From assembly GCA_043797085.1 (NCBI GenBank), contig JAZDQA010000012.1, positions 96,001 to 160,000 of the forward strand: a stretch of DNA of 64,000 nucleotides. Reading direction: 5' to 3'. Positions 1 to 9,982 of the stretch are shown one piece after another. The DNA comes from Pseudomonadota bacterium. Its GTDB lineage: Bacteria > Campylobacterota > Campylobacteria > Campylobacterales > Sulfurimonadaceae. Every line of letters begins with the position of its first letter. The first letter of the stretch is position 1. Under the pieces are notes generated by a model that had not been told where the DNA came from, searched no databases, and worked only from the letters and a program-made list of their open reading frames with translations. The position numbers and the translations under genes were made by a program.

Positions 1-74
1 TTGAGCGCTCCCGTAGCATTTATTTTTACTACAGTAGCCATACCGCCTTTTGTGCAGGCGCTTAAAAGCGTCAT
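1..74 (-). CDS. feoA: Ferrous iron transport protein A (FeoA family), 5' part; runs off window edge
   Basis: Minus strand reads GAAGGAG (SD) then ATG-ACG-CTT: MTLLSACTKGGMATVVKINATGAL, a FeoA-like N-terminus; Fur-like box upstream. Confidence 0.7.
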   Translation of the reverse strand, partial: MTLLSACTKGGMATVVKINATGAL

Positions 75-172
75 AATATTCTCCTTCATAGCGTTTTATT
101 TTCAATTTTGATTTCTATTATTAATTAAGTAAAGAAATAATAATAGGTATTGTCTTACAATATGCTTAATAA

Positions 173-194
173 TGATAATAGATTTCAATTATCA
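173..194. promoter_or_regulatory. Fur-box-like inverted repeat TGATAAT-N8-ATTATCA
   Basis: Perfect 7-bp inverted arms matching the Fur half-site, upstream of feoA. Confidence 0.65.
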
Positions 195-202
195 CGACTG
201 TA

Positions 203-235
203 TCTCAAGATTTTCTCATTCAAAATCTCTATACT
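203..235 (+). promoter_or_regulatory. Promoter of efflux operon: TCTCA-N6-TCTCA direct repeat plus -10 TATACT
   Basis: TCTCA at 203 and 214 (11-bp period); TATACT at 230-235; SD AAAGG before ATG at 264. Confidence 0.45.
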
Positions 236-263
236 TCGACATTATTATACATAAAGGTACAGT

Positions 264-611
264 ATGAAAACCCTGTTTTTAATCCTATTTTCTCTCTCAC
301 TGCATGCAAGCATGGGTTCCTCAGTGACTATCGGGGCGCGTGAACATCTCAAATATGCGTTTGGAAATCATAAAAATCATCCGGCACAAAAGATTGAAGA
401 GGCACAATATTACCGCTCTTTAGCCAAAATGAGTGACGCTCAGATCAAAGAGCTTCTCTCCTCGCAGGGATATATTATTCAGAAAATACAGCTTCGTGAT
501 ATTACTTCCGAATTGGTATATCAAGTACATACTTCCGACAAAAGTGCCCAACGTTTTGTTCTTTATGTGGATCCTACGAACGGATCAATCTTAAAAACGA
601 AGCCTCTATAA
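264..611 (+). CDS. Secreted PepSY-domain protein
   Basis: Signal peptide MKTLFLILFSLSLHA; C-terminal VYQV...LYVDPTNGSILK PepSY signature. Confidence 0.7.
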   Translation: MKTLFLILFSLSLHASMGSSVTIGAREHLKYAFGNHKNHPAQKIEEAQYYRSLAKMSDAQIKELLSSQGYIIQKIQLRDITSELVYQVHTSDKSAQRFVLYVDPTNGSILKTKPL

Positions 612-1801
612 TGAAGTGCCAATGGAAATATCTCTTAGTCTTAGTTCCGTTGATGGGAAATGCTATGAGTTTTAACGAGCTATGCGATCACGCTTATAAA
701 GCTTCGGGTGAGATCATTGGAACCAATGGTCGTATCCTCTCCAATACCCATGAAAAAGCATCAGCCCTCGCCTACGAACCACTTTTCCTTGAGGGAAGCG
801 CAAGCGGTGTTAAAGGGAAAGATTCCCGTGATAGCGGGATGATGTATGGAGGTATGGTCAATCTTCAACTCAAAAAACCTCTCTTTTTGGAGGCACAATC
901 CCATCAATATGACCAAAAGGGCAAAACCCTTCATCAAGAAATCCAACGGCAGCAAGGGCTGATACAAGTAGCACTTAAGCGTGATTGGCTCATTACCCTG
1001 ATCGAGCAAGAGAAAATTGGAATTTTAAGTGAAAAAGAAGCCTCTGCAAAAGAAGCGTACGGCATAGGGCAAAAAAAAGTGAATGCCGGTCGGATGTCAC
1101 AAATGGAACTTTCCCGATTGATGAGTGAAGTGTACAGTGCTGCTTCGCAACGTGCCATGGGAGAAATGGAGCTAGAACACGCCCATCATGGACTGCAAGA
1201 AGCGACAATGCTACACGAAGAGATCGTTGTCGATGATCTGAACTTTGCCTTTATTTCAGATGACAACGCTACAGAGGATCGTATTAACAATGCCGGTATA
1301 CTTCAAGCCATGAGCTCTCAGATTGCTGCTTTGGATGCCGAGATAAAAAGTGCCCGCTACCAAGGGAGCGAATCTATAAGTTTAGGTGCAGGTGCGACAC
1401 ATGAACCGACTCAAAACAGCATCGATTTTCGACTCAGCGTTCCATTAATATGGGGTGAAAAAAACGACCGAAAAATTGCGGCATTTATGAGCGAAAAGAG
1501 CGCACTGATCCATCGTCGTGAAATAACGCACCAAAAATTGAAGATGAATATTCACACTCTTTTGGAACATTTAGAAACGAGAGAAAAGCGGTTTAATGAG
1601 ACCTTATTGGGACAAAAGCACCAAAAAACTCTGATGGAAATGGCACAAAAAGGGTATGAGGGGGGAGTGGTCAGTCAGTTTGAATATTTAGCGACCAAAA
1701 ACAGCTATTACGATGCACGTCTTCGCTCAGTAGAACTTAAACGCGAATACATTCAAGAAATGAGCGCGATGGAAGAAAAATTAGGGAGAATTTGGAAATG
1801 A
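611..1801 (+). CDS. TolC/CzcC-family outer membrane efflux protein
   Basis: Signal peptide, helical repeats, GYEGGVVSQFEYL motif; first gene of an RND triad. Confidence 0.8.
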   Translation: MKCQWKYLLVLVPLMGNAMSFNELCDHAYKASGEIIGTNGRILSNTHEKASALAYEPLFLEGSASGVKGKDSRDSGMMYGGMVNLQLKKPLFLEAQSHQYDQKGKTLHQEIQRQQGLIQVALKRDWLITLIEQEKIGILSEKEASAKEAYGIGQKKVNAGRMSQMELSRLMSEVYSAASQRAMGEMELEHAHHGLQEATMLHEEIVVDDLNFAFISDDNATEDRINNAGILQAMSSQIAALDAEIKSARYQGSESISLGAGATHEPTQNSIDFRLSVPLIWGEKNDRKIAAFMSEKSALIHRREITHQKLKMNIHTLLEHLETREKRFNETLLGQKHQKTLMEMAQKGYEGGVVSQFEYLATKNSYYDARLRSVELKREYIQEMSAMEEKLGRIWK

Positions 1802-2841
1802 AATCACTATTACTATTATTGGCACTAACAACGGCTGCGGTGGCGCAAATCACGATTAGTGATGCACAAATGAAAAAGCTTGGGATTGCGACCGCTAATC
1901 TCAACATCAGTAACACAGCACTTATTGGACCGCTGATCGCCAAAATAGATTATGACGAAGATAAATCCAAAAGCTATTTTTTAGATCAAGAAGCATCGGT
2001 AATTTCTCTCAATGTTCGCCAAGGGGATCGCGTCCAAAAAGGACAAACATTATGTTCAATCGCCTCTCCTGCACTGATGGCAAACAGTTTTGAACTAAAA
2101 GAGCTACGCAATCGCTATAAGGCGCTGCAAAACAACGCCGTAAAAGATGCAGCACTCTACAAAGATGGGATTATTTCGTATCGCGATTACCAAACCAGTG
2201 CGCTCGAAGCCTCTCAATTGCGTTCTCGTATTTCTACGTTGGAGAGTCAATTTAGCATCGCAGGAGTTCGCGCAAATACGAACGGTACTATGAACGTAAT
2301 CGCTCAAAAAAGCGGGATTGTAACAGATGCTCCAATGGCGGTTGCCGAAAAAATCACCCCGTATCAACCTTATTTTAGAATTTCAGATCCTAGCGCAATG
2401 ATTGCTATGATCAATATCTCTCCTAGCCTCATAACATCGATTTCCAAGGGAGATACTGTCCTCTCCAAAGATAATACTCACCCCATCGGCACAATAATCT
2501 CTGTCTCCCCTTCCATCAGCGGTTCGACAAACTCTGCCGTTGCCATTGCGCGCGTTCGTGACACACAATTACGCGCAGGAACAACCGTCGGTGTGCTAGT
2601 CTCTGCTTCCAAACCTACTACTTCTATCCTGATTCCTTCCCGTGCTCTCGTGCAGTTTGGCGGAAAAACCATCTGTTTTATCCGTAATTCTACCGGCTTT
2701 AGAGCGCAAGAACTTCTCATCACGACACGTAGCAAAGAGGGGGTATTGGTACGCCAAAAAGGGATTGACACGAATACCAAAGTAGCCATCAGTGGTCTCA
2801 TCATTCTCAAAGGCGCGATGAGCGGATTGGGGTTTGAATAA
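1792..2841 (+). CDS. CzcB/CusB-family periplasmic adaptor (membrane fusion protein)
   Basis: Lipoyl half-motif VRQGDRVQKGQTL, coiled coil, IAQKSGIV; overlaps both neighbours. Confidence 0.85.
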   Translation: MEMKSLLLLLALTTAAVAQITISDAQMKKLGIATANLNISNTALIGPLIAKIDYDEDKSKSYFLDQEASVISLNVRQGDRVQKGQTLCSIASPALMANSFELKELRNRYKALQNNAVKDAALYKDGIISYRDYQTSALEASQLRSRISTLESQFSIAGVRANTNGTMNVIAQKSGIVTDAPMAVAEKITPYQPYFRISDPSAMIAMINISPSLITSISKGDTVLSKDNTHPIGTIISVSPSISGSTNSAVAIARVRDTQLRAGTTVGVLVSASKPTTSILIPSRALVQFGGKTICFIRNSTGFRAQELLITTRSKEGVLVRQKGIDTNTKVAISGLIILKGAMSGLGFE

Positions 2842-5800
2842 TGTTAAGCTCAATTATTGAGTTTTCACTCAAACAGCGGATTGTTATTTTACTCATGGCA
2901 ATGGGGATACTCATAGGCGGGGTCTATTCGTTTCTTAAAATTCCTATCGATGCGTTTCCTGACATCTCTTCGACGCAGGTAAAAATCATTCTAAAAGCTC
3001 CTGGGATGTCTCCCGAGGAGGTAGAATTACGCGTAGTACGCCCACTGGAAGCTGAGCTCATGGGTCTGGAAAACCAAACCATGCTTAAAAGCACCTCTAA
3101 ATACGGCATTGCAGACATTACTATCGATTTTAAAGATGGAACCGATGTCTATCGCGCCCGTGCTCAAGTTTCTGAAAAACTTTCAGGAGCAATGAGCGCC
3201 CTTCCAAAAGGGGTCAACGGGGGCATGGCACCCATCACGACTCCATTGGGAGAAATTTTTATGTTCACCATCGAGGGAGATATCTCTCAGCAAGCCAAGC
3301 GCGAATTACTTGATTTTACTATCCGTCCTGCCCTGCGAGGAGCAAAGGGAGTTGCGGACATCAATGCTCTGGGCGGTGAAGCACGTACCATCACCCTCGT
3401 TCCCGATATAAGCGCCATGGGACGACTTGGGATTACCATCTCTACACTCGAACAGGCTTTAAGCGAAAACCTCAAAAACGACGGAGCGGGGAGACTGGAT
3501 AAAGGCGATGAAGGCTATTTGGTCAAAGTCCAAAGCGGCGTCAAGAACAAAGATGAAATCGGAAACATTACCATCCATTCACACAATGGACCGATACGTA
3601 TCAGCGATTTTTGTGCCATTAACGAAGAATCTCGCACCCGCATGGGATTTGTAACCAAAGACGGTATTGGCGAAGCAACCGAGGGTCTTGTTATGGCGTT
3701 GCGAGGAGCGAATGCCAAAGAGAGTATTATTGAGATTAAAGAGCGTCTTGCCATCCTTGCACCAACGCTTCCAAAAGGGGTAACGATTGTCCCTTTTTAT
3801 GATCGCAGTGAACTCACCCAAAAAGCGGTCGATACTGTCTCTAAAGCACTCACCGAAGCTGTTGTACTGGTCATCATGCTCTTGCTCCTCTTTTTAGGAG
3901 ATGCTCGTGCGGCGATCAGCGTAGCTGTGATATTGCCATTGGCCATTTCAATAGCCTTTATCCTCATGCAAGCCACGGGAATTACTGCAAATCTCATGAG
4001 CTTGGGAGGGTTAGCCATTGCCGTGGGAATTCTCGTCGATTCCGCTGTTGTTGTTGTGGAAAACACCTTTGCAGCACTGGGTGAAAAAAATCAAAAACTT
4101 CCGAAACTTCATCTCGTTTACCGAGCTAGCAAAGAGGTGAGCCTCTCGGTATTCAGCGGTCTCCTCATTATTTCTGTTGTCTTTTTACCTCTTCTTTCCC
4201 TCGAAGGGTTGGAAGGGAAACTTTTTGCTCCTGTTGCCATGACAATTGTCTTTGCGCTTTTGGGCTCTCTTGTCCTCTCTTTGACCGTCATTCCGGTTGT
4301 CGCATCACTATTGCTCAAATCCACTCCTCATCATGAGACTAAGTTGGATCTGTTTTTTGCTCGTCTGTACAAACCCCTCCTGTCTTTTGCCCTCAATCGC
4401 ACTAAAACACTTTTTACCGGAGCCATTATTTTTCTAATACTTAGTTTTTCACTCTACACACTCGTAGGTAAAACATTTATGCCCACACTCGATGAGGGTG
4501 ATATTATCCTAGCCGTAGAGCCCATACCCTCTATCTCTCTCGAAGCGTCCAAAGAACTCAATCTCGCCATCCAAAAAGAGTTAATCAAAAATATTCCTGA
4601 GATTAAAACCATCGTTGCCCGTACAGGATCCGATGAAATGGGCTTGGATCCCATGATGCTCAACCAAACCGATACCTTTTTGATCCTCAAACCTAAAGAT
4701 GAGTGGAAAGCCGCTTCTAAAGAAGAAATCCTCCAAAACATCACAACAGCCCTCAAACCTTTTGCTGGGGTTGGGTTTAGTTTCACTCAACCCATCGATA
4801 TGCGTATCTCTGAGATGCTCACAGGCTCTCGCGGAGATTTGGCGATCAAAATTTTTGGTACCGACATCAACACGTTAAATGTTCTCAGTTCACAGGTAGG
4901 GAAAATTTTAGAGGGGATTTCAGGCTCCAGTGAAGTTATCGTTACCCTTAATACTGGGATCAACTATCTCACCGTAACGCCTGATCGTTTTGCAACTGCG
5001 AACACAGGGGTAAGCAGCGGTGAATTACAACAATTTCTAAAAGCTTCGCTGGAGGGCATTATCGTCGATACTTTACCGGAGGGGAATATCCGAACTCCTG
5101 TTATGATCCGCTTGGAGAGTGACATAGCAAAAAATTTTGATAAATTTAGCGCTCTTGAGATCCCACTTATGGAAGGTGGGAGTGTCCCCATCGCTAGTAT
5201 CGCAACGATTACCCAAAACGAAGGACCCGTACAAGTCATTCGCGAAAATAATGAACGACTCAGTGTTGTGCGATCAAATGTTGAAAATCGAGATTTAGTC
5301 GGGTTTGTGGAAGAAGCAAAACAAAAAATAAACAATGATATTAAACTTCCAGATGGGTATCACATCACTTATGGAGGACAGTTTGAAAATCAGCAGCGCT
5401 CTTCGGCACGCTTAATGGCGGTGGTTCCTGTCAGTATCGTGGTGATTTTCTTTATTCTCTTTTTCACGTTCCGCTCAGTGAGCAACACACTGCTCATTTT
5501 GCTCAATATCCCTTTTGCGATTACAGGGGGAATCATATCTTTGTTTATCAGCGGAGAATACCTTTCTGTCCCTGCATCGGTAGGCTTTATTGCCCTCTTT
5601 GGTATTGCAGTACTTAACGGTATCGTCATGGTGAGCTACTTCAACACCCTGCTGGCCAATGGCTATACCATCGATGAAGCAGTTGGTGAAGGAGCACGCA
5701 GACGACTTCGTCCTGTATTGATGACGGCGTTTATCGCGGCACTTGGATTGCTTCCGTTGCTATTTGCAACCGGAGTCGGAAGCGAAATCCAAAAACCGCT

Positions 5801-5900
5801 CGCAATCGTTGTGCTAGGAGGATTGGTCACATCGACGATTCTTACTCTTCTAATCCTACCACCTGCGTTTAAAATGATCTATAATCGAGGTAAAAAATGA
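2841..5900 (+). CDS. czcA: CusA/CzcA-family heavy-metal efflux RND permease
   Basis: 1019 aa; IPIDAFPDIS, APGMSPEEVE, NLMSLGGLAIAVGILVDSAVVVVEN, RRLRPVLMTA, GSEIQKPLA motifs. Confidence 0.92.
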   Translation: MLSSIIEFSLKQRIVILLMAMGILIGGVYSFLKIPIDAFPDISSTQVKIILKAPGMSPEEVELRVVRPLEAELMGLENQTMLKSTSKYGIADITIDFKDGTDVYRARAQVSEKLSGAMSALPKGVNGGMAPITTPLGEIFMFTIEGDISQQAKRELLDFTIRPALRGAKGVADINALGGEARTITLVPDISAMGRLGITISTLEQALSENLKNDGAGRLDKGDEGYLVKVQSGVKNKDEIGNITIHSHNGPIRISDFCAINEESRTRMGFVTKDGIGEATEGLVMALRGANAKESIIEIKERLAILAPTLPKGVTIVPFYDRSELTQKAVDTVSKALTEAVVLVIMLLLLFLGDARAAISVAVILPLAISIAFILMQATGITANLMSLGGLAIAVGILVDSAVVVVENTFAALGEKNQKLPKLHLVYRASKEVSLSVFSGLLIISVVFLPLLSLEGLEGKLFAPVAMTIVFALLGSLVLSLTVIPVVASLLLKSTPHHETKLDLFFARLYKPLLSFALNRTKTLFTGAIIFLILSFSLYTLVGKTFMPTLDEGDIILAVEPIPSISLEASKELNLAIQKELIKNIPEIKTIVARTGSDEMGLDPMMLNQTDTFLILKPKDEWKAASKEEILQNITTALKPFAGVGFSFTQPIDMRISEMLTGSRGDLAIKIFGTDINTLNVLSSQVGKILEGISGSSEVIVTLNTGINYLTVTPDRFATANTGVSSGELQQFLKASLEGIIVDTLPEGNIRTPVMIRLESDIAKNFDKFSALEIPLMEGGSVPIASIATITQNEGPVQVIRENNERLSVVRSNVENRDLVGFVEEAKQKINNDIKLPDGYHITYGGQFENQQRSSARLMAVVPVSIVVIFFILFFTFRSVSNTLLILLNIPFAITGGIISLFISGEYLSVPASVGFIALFGIAVLNGIVMVSYFNTLLANGYTIDEAVGEGARRRLRPVLMTAFIAALGLLPLLFATGVGSEIQKPLAIVVLGGLVTSTILTLLILPPAFKMIYNRGKK

Positions 5901-6184
5901 ACTTGAATAGAATGGATATTTACTTTGATATCGCGAATAAAGACACCTTAGTTGATTTATTATTGGAAGAAGGATATGATGATTTTTATTTTTCTCCTTG
6001 TAAACGCTACGGTGCAGGAGCCTTTTTGGTAAGTTCTGAAGAACAAGTAAGTGCCAGACGGGATTTTGGATTGTTTCGTCTGTATCTGCAAAAAGCTGAA
6101 GCAATCGTCTTGGCTGCCGCAATCAAAGAGGAACTAAAAGACAAAACGATTAAGATATTCATAGATGAGGTAAAAGAACTGTAA
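5897..6184 (+). CDS. DUF3240-family (PII-like fold) protein
   Basis: LVDLLL...SSEEQVSARR motif; typical position right after czcA-type genes. Confidence 0.7.
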   Translation: MNLNRMDIYFDIANKDTLVDLLLEEGYDDFYFSPCKRYGAGAFLVSSEEQVSARRDFGLFRLYLQKAEAIVLAAAIKEELKDKTIKIFIDEVKEL

Positions 6185-6832
6185 ATGCGTATCTTGATTG
6201 TTGATGATGAAATAGAATTATTAGAACTGTTACGACTCTCACTGGAGGGAAATGGGTGGTTTATCGATACCGCTTCGGATGTATCTGAGGCCAAAAGCTA
6301 TTTGGACGCATTTCATTACCAAGCAATCATCCTAGATCGCACCTTTCACGGGGTCGATCAATCCCTCTCCCTTATTACCTATGCAAAACAAAAAAATCCT
6401 CAACAGCCCATTTTACTTCTCAGCGCACTCTCCAGTGTAGATGATAAAGTAGAAGGGTTCGAAATGGGTGCGGATGATTATCTCGAAAAACCGTTCGATA
6501 TCAAAGAACTGCGCGCCCGTATCCTCTCACTGGGTCGTCGTTTTTCACCCAAAATTCTCACCATAGAAGTATTTGAAATCGATCCCTCAACTCAAAGTAT
6601 TCGCAATGAAGGAACCCAAATTTCGCTCTCTAAAAACGAGCATGCCCTCTTCTTTTATCTTTTATCTCGCGGTACTGTCGCATCCCGTGATGAGATCATG
6701 GACGCACTCTATGACAATCCTCAAAACGTTACCCCAAACACTATCGATGAGCTCGTAAGCAGATTACGTAAAAAACTTTCCGCTACCATCATAAAAACCA
6801 TCAAAACACGAGGATATGTGATTGAAATTTAG
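6185..6832 (+). CDS. OmpR-family response regulator
   Basis: ILIVDDE, ILD phosphoacceptor, GADDYLEKPF, C-terminal winged helix IKTIKTRGY. Confidence 0.92.
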   Translation: MRILIVDDEIELLELLRLSLEGNGWFIDTASDVSEAKSYLDAFHYQAIILDRTFHGVDQSLSLITYAKQKNPQQPILLLSALSSVDDKVEGFEMGADDYLEKPFDIKELRARILSLGRRFSPKILTIEVFEIDPSTQSIRNEGTQISLSKNEHALFFYLLSRGTVASRDEIMDALYDNPQNVTPNTIDELVSRLRKKLSATIIKTIKTRGYVIEI

Positions 6833-8024
6833 CGCGAATGGATCACTCAAGATTAAAATAGTCTCTCTCTTCTCACTGCTGATAGCCATTGCTTTTAGTC
6901 TCAACTGGATGGTCGCAACCCAAACGATACACGGAGAAAAAATAGACGATTTAGAAAAAACGCTGCAGCATCTTCTCTATGAAAGCAACGATGAATACAT
7001 TAGCCATCCTTTGACGTTAAAAAGTGATTTGACCTTTTTGTATGCCATACCCCATAATCAAATGATCATTAGTAATTCCGAAGCAAGCCATTTACGTTTT
7101 TTGGTTTCCAAAACACCTTATCTTAAAGAAAAAAATGAGATAAGCGTCTATGTCAAACTTCAAGACTCTCTCTATCTTAATGCGATAAGTGACGACTCAA
7201 AACTTCAACTCTCCGTAAACAAATACTCTCAAAAACTTCTCATACGGTACCTTTTTTCACTGTTAGCTGTCCTAATAATCAGTCTTTTTTTACTCGATTA
7301 TTACATGAAACCCTTGGGAATTCTCGCACAAAAAACGCGTGATTGGAAAACCGGGGATAAATTCTCACTCGACAACTCTGACCGAGAAATCCAAGAGGTT
7401 GTAACGGCGTTTAATACACTCATCCGCCGACTAGAAGCTTTTCGCACCAAAGAAGGAGAATTATTTAAAGAAGCAGCGCATGAGTTAAAAACTCCGCTTG
7501 CATTAATGCGTTCACGACTGGATGCATACGAGAACAGCAAAGGATATGATAAAAACAAATTTGTCGTTGATTTGGGACATGATATCGAGCGTTTAACAGC
7601 TGAACTAAAAAATGTTCTTTTCTTAGAAAGTTCCGACTATGAAGATCCTGTCTCACTAAGCATGAATACAACCTTGCGTAATATTGTTCAAAAAGTTGAT
7701 ATCCTCGCAAAACGAAGAAAACTGATCCTTCAGCTGCCTGCTCAAAACTTTACCCTTACTGCTCCTGAAAAACTACTGACTAAAGTTCTAACCGCTTTGA
7801 TAGAAAATGCTATGACCTACGCGACAGAAAACAGCCAAATTGATATAGAGATTAATCAAAATGAGCGATCCATTACAATAGCCAACAATGCTGGCGATGA
7901 AAAATATCTATTTAGCTCCAAAATCGGACATAAGATGCTAAAAAGACTCAGTGAAGAACTCAATTACACGTATGAAATCACCCAGTACGCTTCGCGATAT
8001 ACCATTACTCTTCAATTTTTGTAA
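6822..8024 (+). CDS. Sensor histidine kinase with degenerate ATP-binding domain
   Basis: Two TM segments, HAMP-like linker, H-box AAHELKTPL, N-box LIENAMTYA; G boxes not recognisable. Confidence 0.85.
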   Translation: MKFSANGSLKIKIVSLFSLLIAIAFSLNWMVATQTIHGEKIDDLEKTLQHLLYESNDEYISHPLTLKSDLTFLYAIPHNQMIISNSEASHLRFLVSKTPYLKEKNEISVYVKLQDSLYLNAISDDSKLQLSVNKYSQKLLIRYLFSLLAVLIISLFLLDYYMKPLGILAQKTRDWKTGDKFSLDNSDREIQEVVTAFNTLIRRLEAFRTKEGELFKEAAHELKTPLALMRSRLDAYENSKGYDKNKFVVDLGHDIERLTAELKNVLFLESSDYEDPVSLSMNTTLRNIVQKVDILAKRRKLILQLPAQNFTLTAPEKLLTKVLTALIENAMTYATENSQIDIEINQNERSITIANNAGDEKYLFSSKIGHKMLKRLSEELNYTYEITQYASRYTITLQFL

Positions 8025-8071
8025 GCACTTGTTATAATAACGATATCAATCTCTCACTAAATAGGAATCTA

Positions 8072-8620
8072 ATGCAATTTTTATGGCGCTCTACCAGTCA
8101 CTTTAACCTCGCCAATTTAGTGACAATGGCAAATGTAACGTGCGGGCTTCTTGCCGCGTATTTCATTACGCAAGAACACTTTATCCTCGCATCGGCTCTT
8201 GCTTGGGCAGGAGGAGCATTCGATATTATTGATGGAAAAATTGCCCGAAAATATGGCTTATCTAATGAATTCGGGGTTCAGCTCGACTCATTCGCCGATT
8301 TTCTCAGTTTTGTCCTCGTGCCTGTATTTTTTATCTTTCAAGCTGTTTATACCGATCTCACAGGGCTCCCCCTGATCATCACTTCAATCGCTTCGATCTA
8401 CTACGTCATCAGTGGATTACGCCGTTTGATTCAGTTTAACATTCAAACGGATGCCGGAGAAGTTGCGAAACATTTTACAGGAGTTCCAACACCCCTTGGA
8501 GCGATTTTACTCTGGCTTGTGTGGCTGGGATCAGGATTTATCGGATGGATCGGAGTGCTTGCGCTAATGGTTATCATCGGAGCGTTGCTCAATTCAAAAG
8601 TGAAGATTCCGCATTTATAA
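8072..8620 (+). CDS. CDP-alcohol phosphatidyltransferase (PssA-like)
   Basis: DIIDGKIAR...FGVQLDSFAD catalytic motif; FTGVPTP. Confidence 0.85.
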   Translation: MQFLWRSTSHFNLANLVTMANVTCGLLAAYFITQEHFILASALAWAGGAFDIIDGKIARKYGLSNEFGVQLDSFADFLSFVLVPVFFIFQAVYTDLTGLPLIITSIASIYYVISGLRRLIQFNIQTDAGEVAKHFTGVPTPLGAILLWLVWLGSGFIGWIGVLALMVIIGALLNSKVKIPHL

Positions 8621-9919
8621 AATTTCTTCTTCCTCACTATCTGTGAGTGACGACGGAAGCATCTTTTTAGGCTTCAACCCCAGCTTTCGCATCGCTTCAA
8701 CACGACGGATAAGACTGCCTTTTCCTGATAATTTTGTCATAGCACCTTCATAACTTTTTTGAGTACGACCGATTTGCTCACCGATCTTTTCCATGTCTTC
8801 CACAAATCCCACCAATTTATCATACAGCGCTTCGGCAGATTCGGCAATCGCTTTGGCATTGCGTTCTTGATACTCGCTTCTCCAGATATGTTCTATCGTG
8901 CGCAGAGTTACGAGAAGAGTGGATGGAGAGACAACGACAATATTTTGCTCGTATGCCGTTTTGAAAAAGGTATTATCCTGCTCTAATGCCAAAAGAAATG
9001 CCCCCTCTATCGGCATAAAAAGAAGAACAAAATCGAGAGTCCGAACACCGCTGAGCTGTTCATACCTCTTTGAACTCAAACCTTTTATATGGGCATGGAT
9101 TGAGAGAAGATGCTGTTTCAACGCATGAGCACGATCTTCATCATTGTCGGCGCGGATAAATGCATCGTAGGCAACCAATGAAACTTTTGAGTCGATAATA
9201 ATGTCTTTGTTTTGAGGAAGATGGACGATCACGTCAGGACGGAACTTTTTCCCCTCTTCATCACTGTACGTATTTTGGGTTTCGTACTCATGCCCTTCTC
9301 GCAATCCTGAATCTTCTAAAATTCGTTCCAGTACAATTTCACCCCAGTTTCCTTGGGTTTTATTCTCTCCCTTAAGGGCATTGGTGAGATTGATTGCATC
9401 TTCACTGAGGCGTTCATTGAGGGATTTTAGACGAAGGATTTCATCTTTGATACTCTGACGCTCTTTGGCATCGTGGATAAACTGCTCTTTGCTCTGAGTG
9501 GCAAAATTAGTGATCTGTTCACGGAATGGCTTGAGCAATAAATCGAGCCCTTTCGTGTGCGCTTCATCAAAGGTTTTCGCTTTTTGGTCAAAAATTTGGG
9601 TTGCCAAATGTTCAAACTGTCCTTTCATCTGCATTTTGGCTTCATCGAGGAGCCGCAATTTCTCTTCATACGAGCGAGCCGATTCTTCGTGACGCGTATG
9701 CAGTACAGCAAAATCACGCTCAAGTGCGTGATAATCATTGTTCTTGGCTTCAAGTTTTAATTGAGATTCCATGCGGGATTGATGTTCTTGATTGAACATC
9801 TCTTGAATCTGCAATGCACGTGATTCCAACAAAGCGTATTCCTGGCGGGATTGATTCCACATCCACGCGAACGTTCCGGCAGTTAGGGTGGCGATTAGGG
9901 TTGTTATTTCATATATCAT
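8615..9919 (-). CDS. rmuC: DNA recombination protein RmuC
   Basis: KTQGNWGE, RPDVIVHLP, IIIDSKVSL, FVLLFMPIEGA, VVSPSTL; start taken as the ATG at 9919. Confidence 0.92.
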   Translation of the reverse strand: MIYEITTLIATLTAGTFAWMWNQSRQEYALLESRALQIQEMFNQEHQSRMESQLKLEAKNNDYHALERDFAVLHTRHEESARSYEEKLRLLDEAKMQMKGQFEHLATQIFDQKAKTFDEAHTKGLDLLLKPFREQITNFATQSKEQFIHDAKERQSIKDEILRLKSLNERLSEDAINLTNALKGENKTQGNWGEIVLERILEDSGLREGHEYETQNTYSDEEGKKFRPDVIVHLPQNKDIIIDSKVSLVAYDAFIRADNDEDRAHALKQHLLSIHAHIKGLSSKRYEQLSGVRTLDFVLLFMPIEGAFLLALEQDNTFFKTAYEQNIVVVSPSTLLVTLRTIEHIWRSEYQERNAKAIAESAEALYDKLVGFVEDMEKIGEQIGRTQKSYEGAMTKLSGKGSLIRRVEAMRKLGLKPKKMLPSSLTDSEEEEIL

Positions 9920-9925
9920 GATGTG

Positions 9926-9931
9926 ATTATA
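9926..9931 (-). promoter_or_regulatory. -10 box TATAAT 6 nt before the rmuC ATG (leaderless candidate)
   Basis: Minus strand GGCTATAATCACATC-ATG; no SD. Confidence 0.5.
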
Positions 9932-9982
9932 GCCAACCACCACCTAAGGCGAAAAAAATATGTCATGGTGTAATATTTTTCC

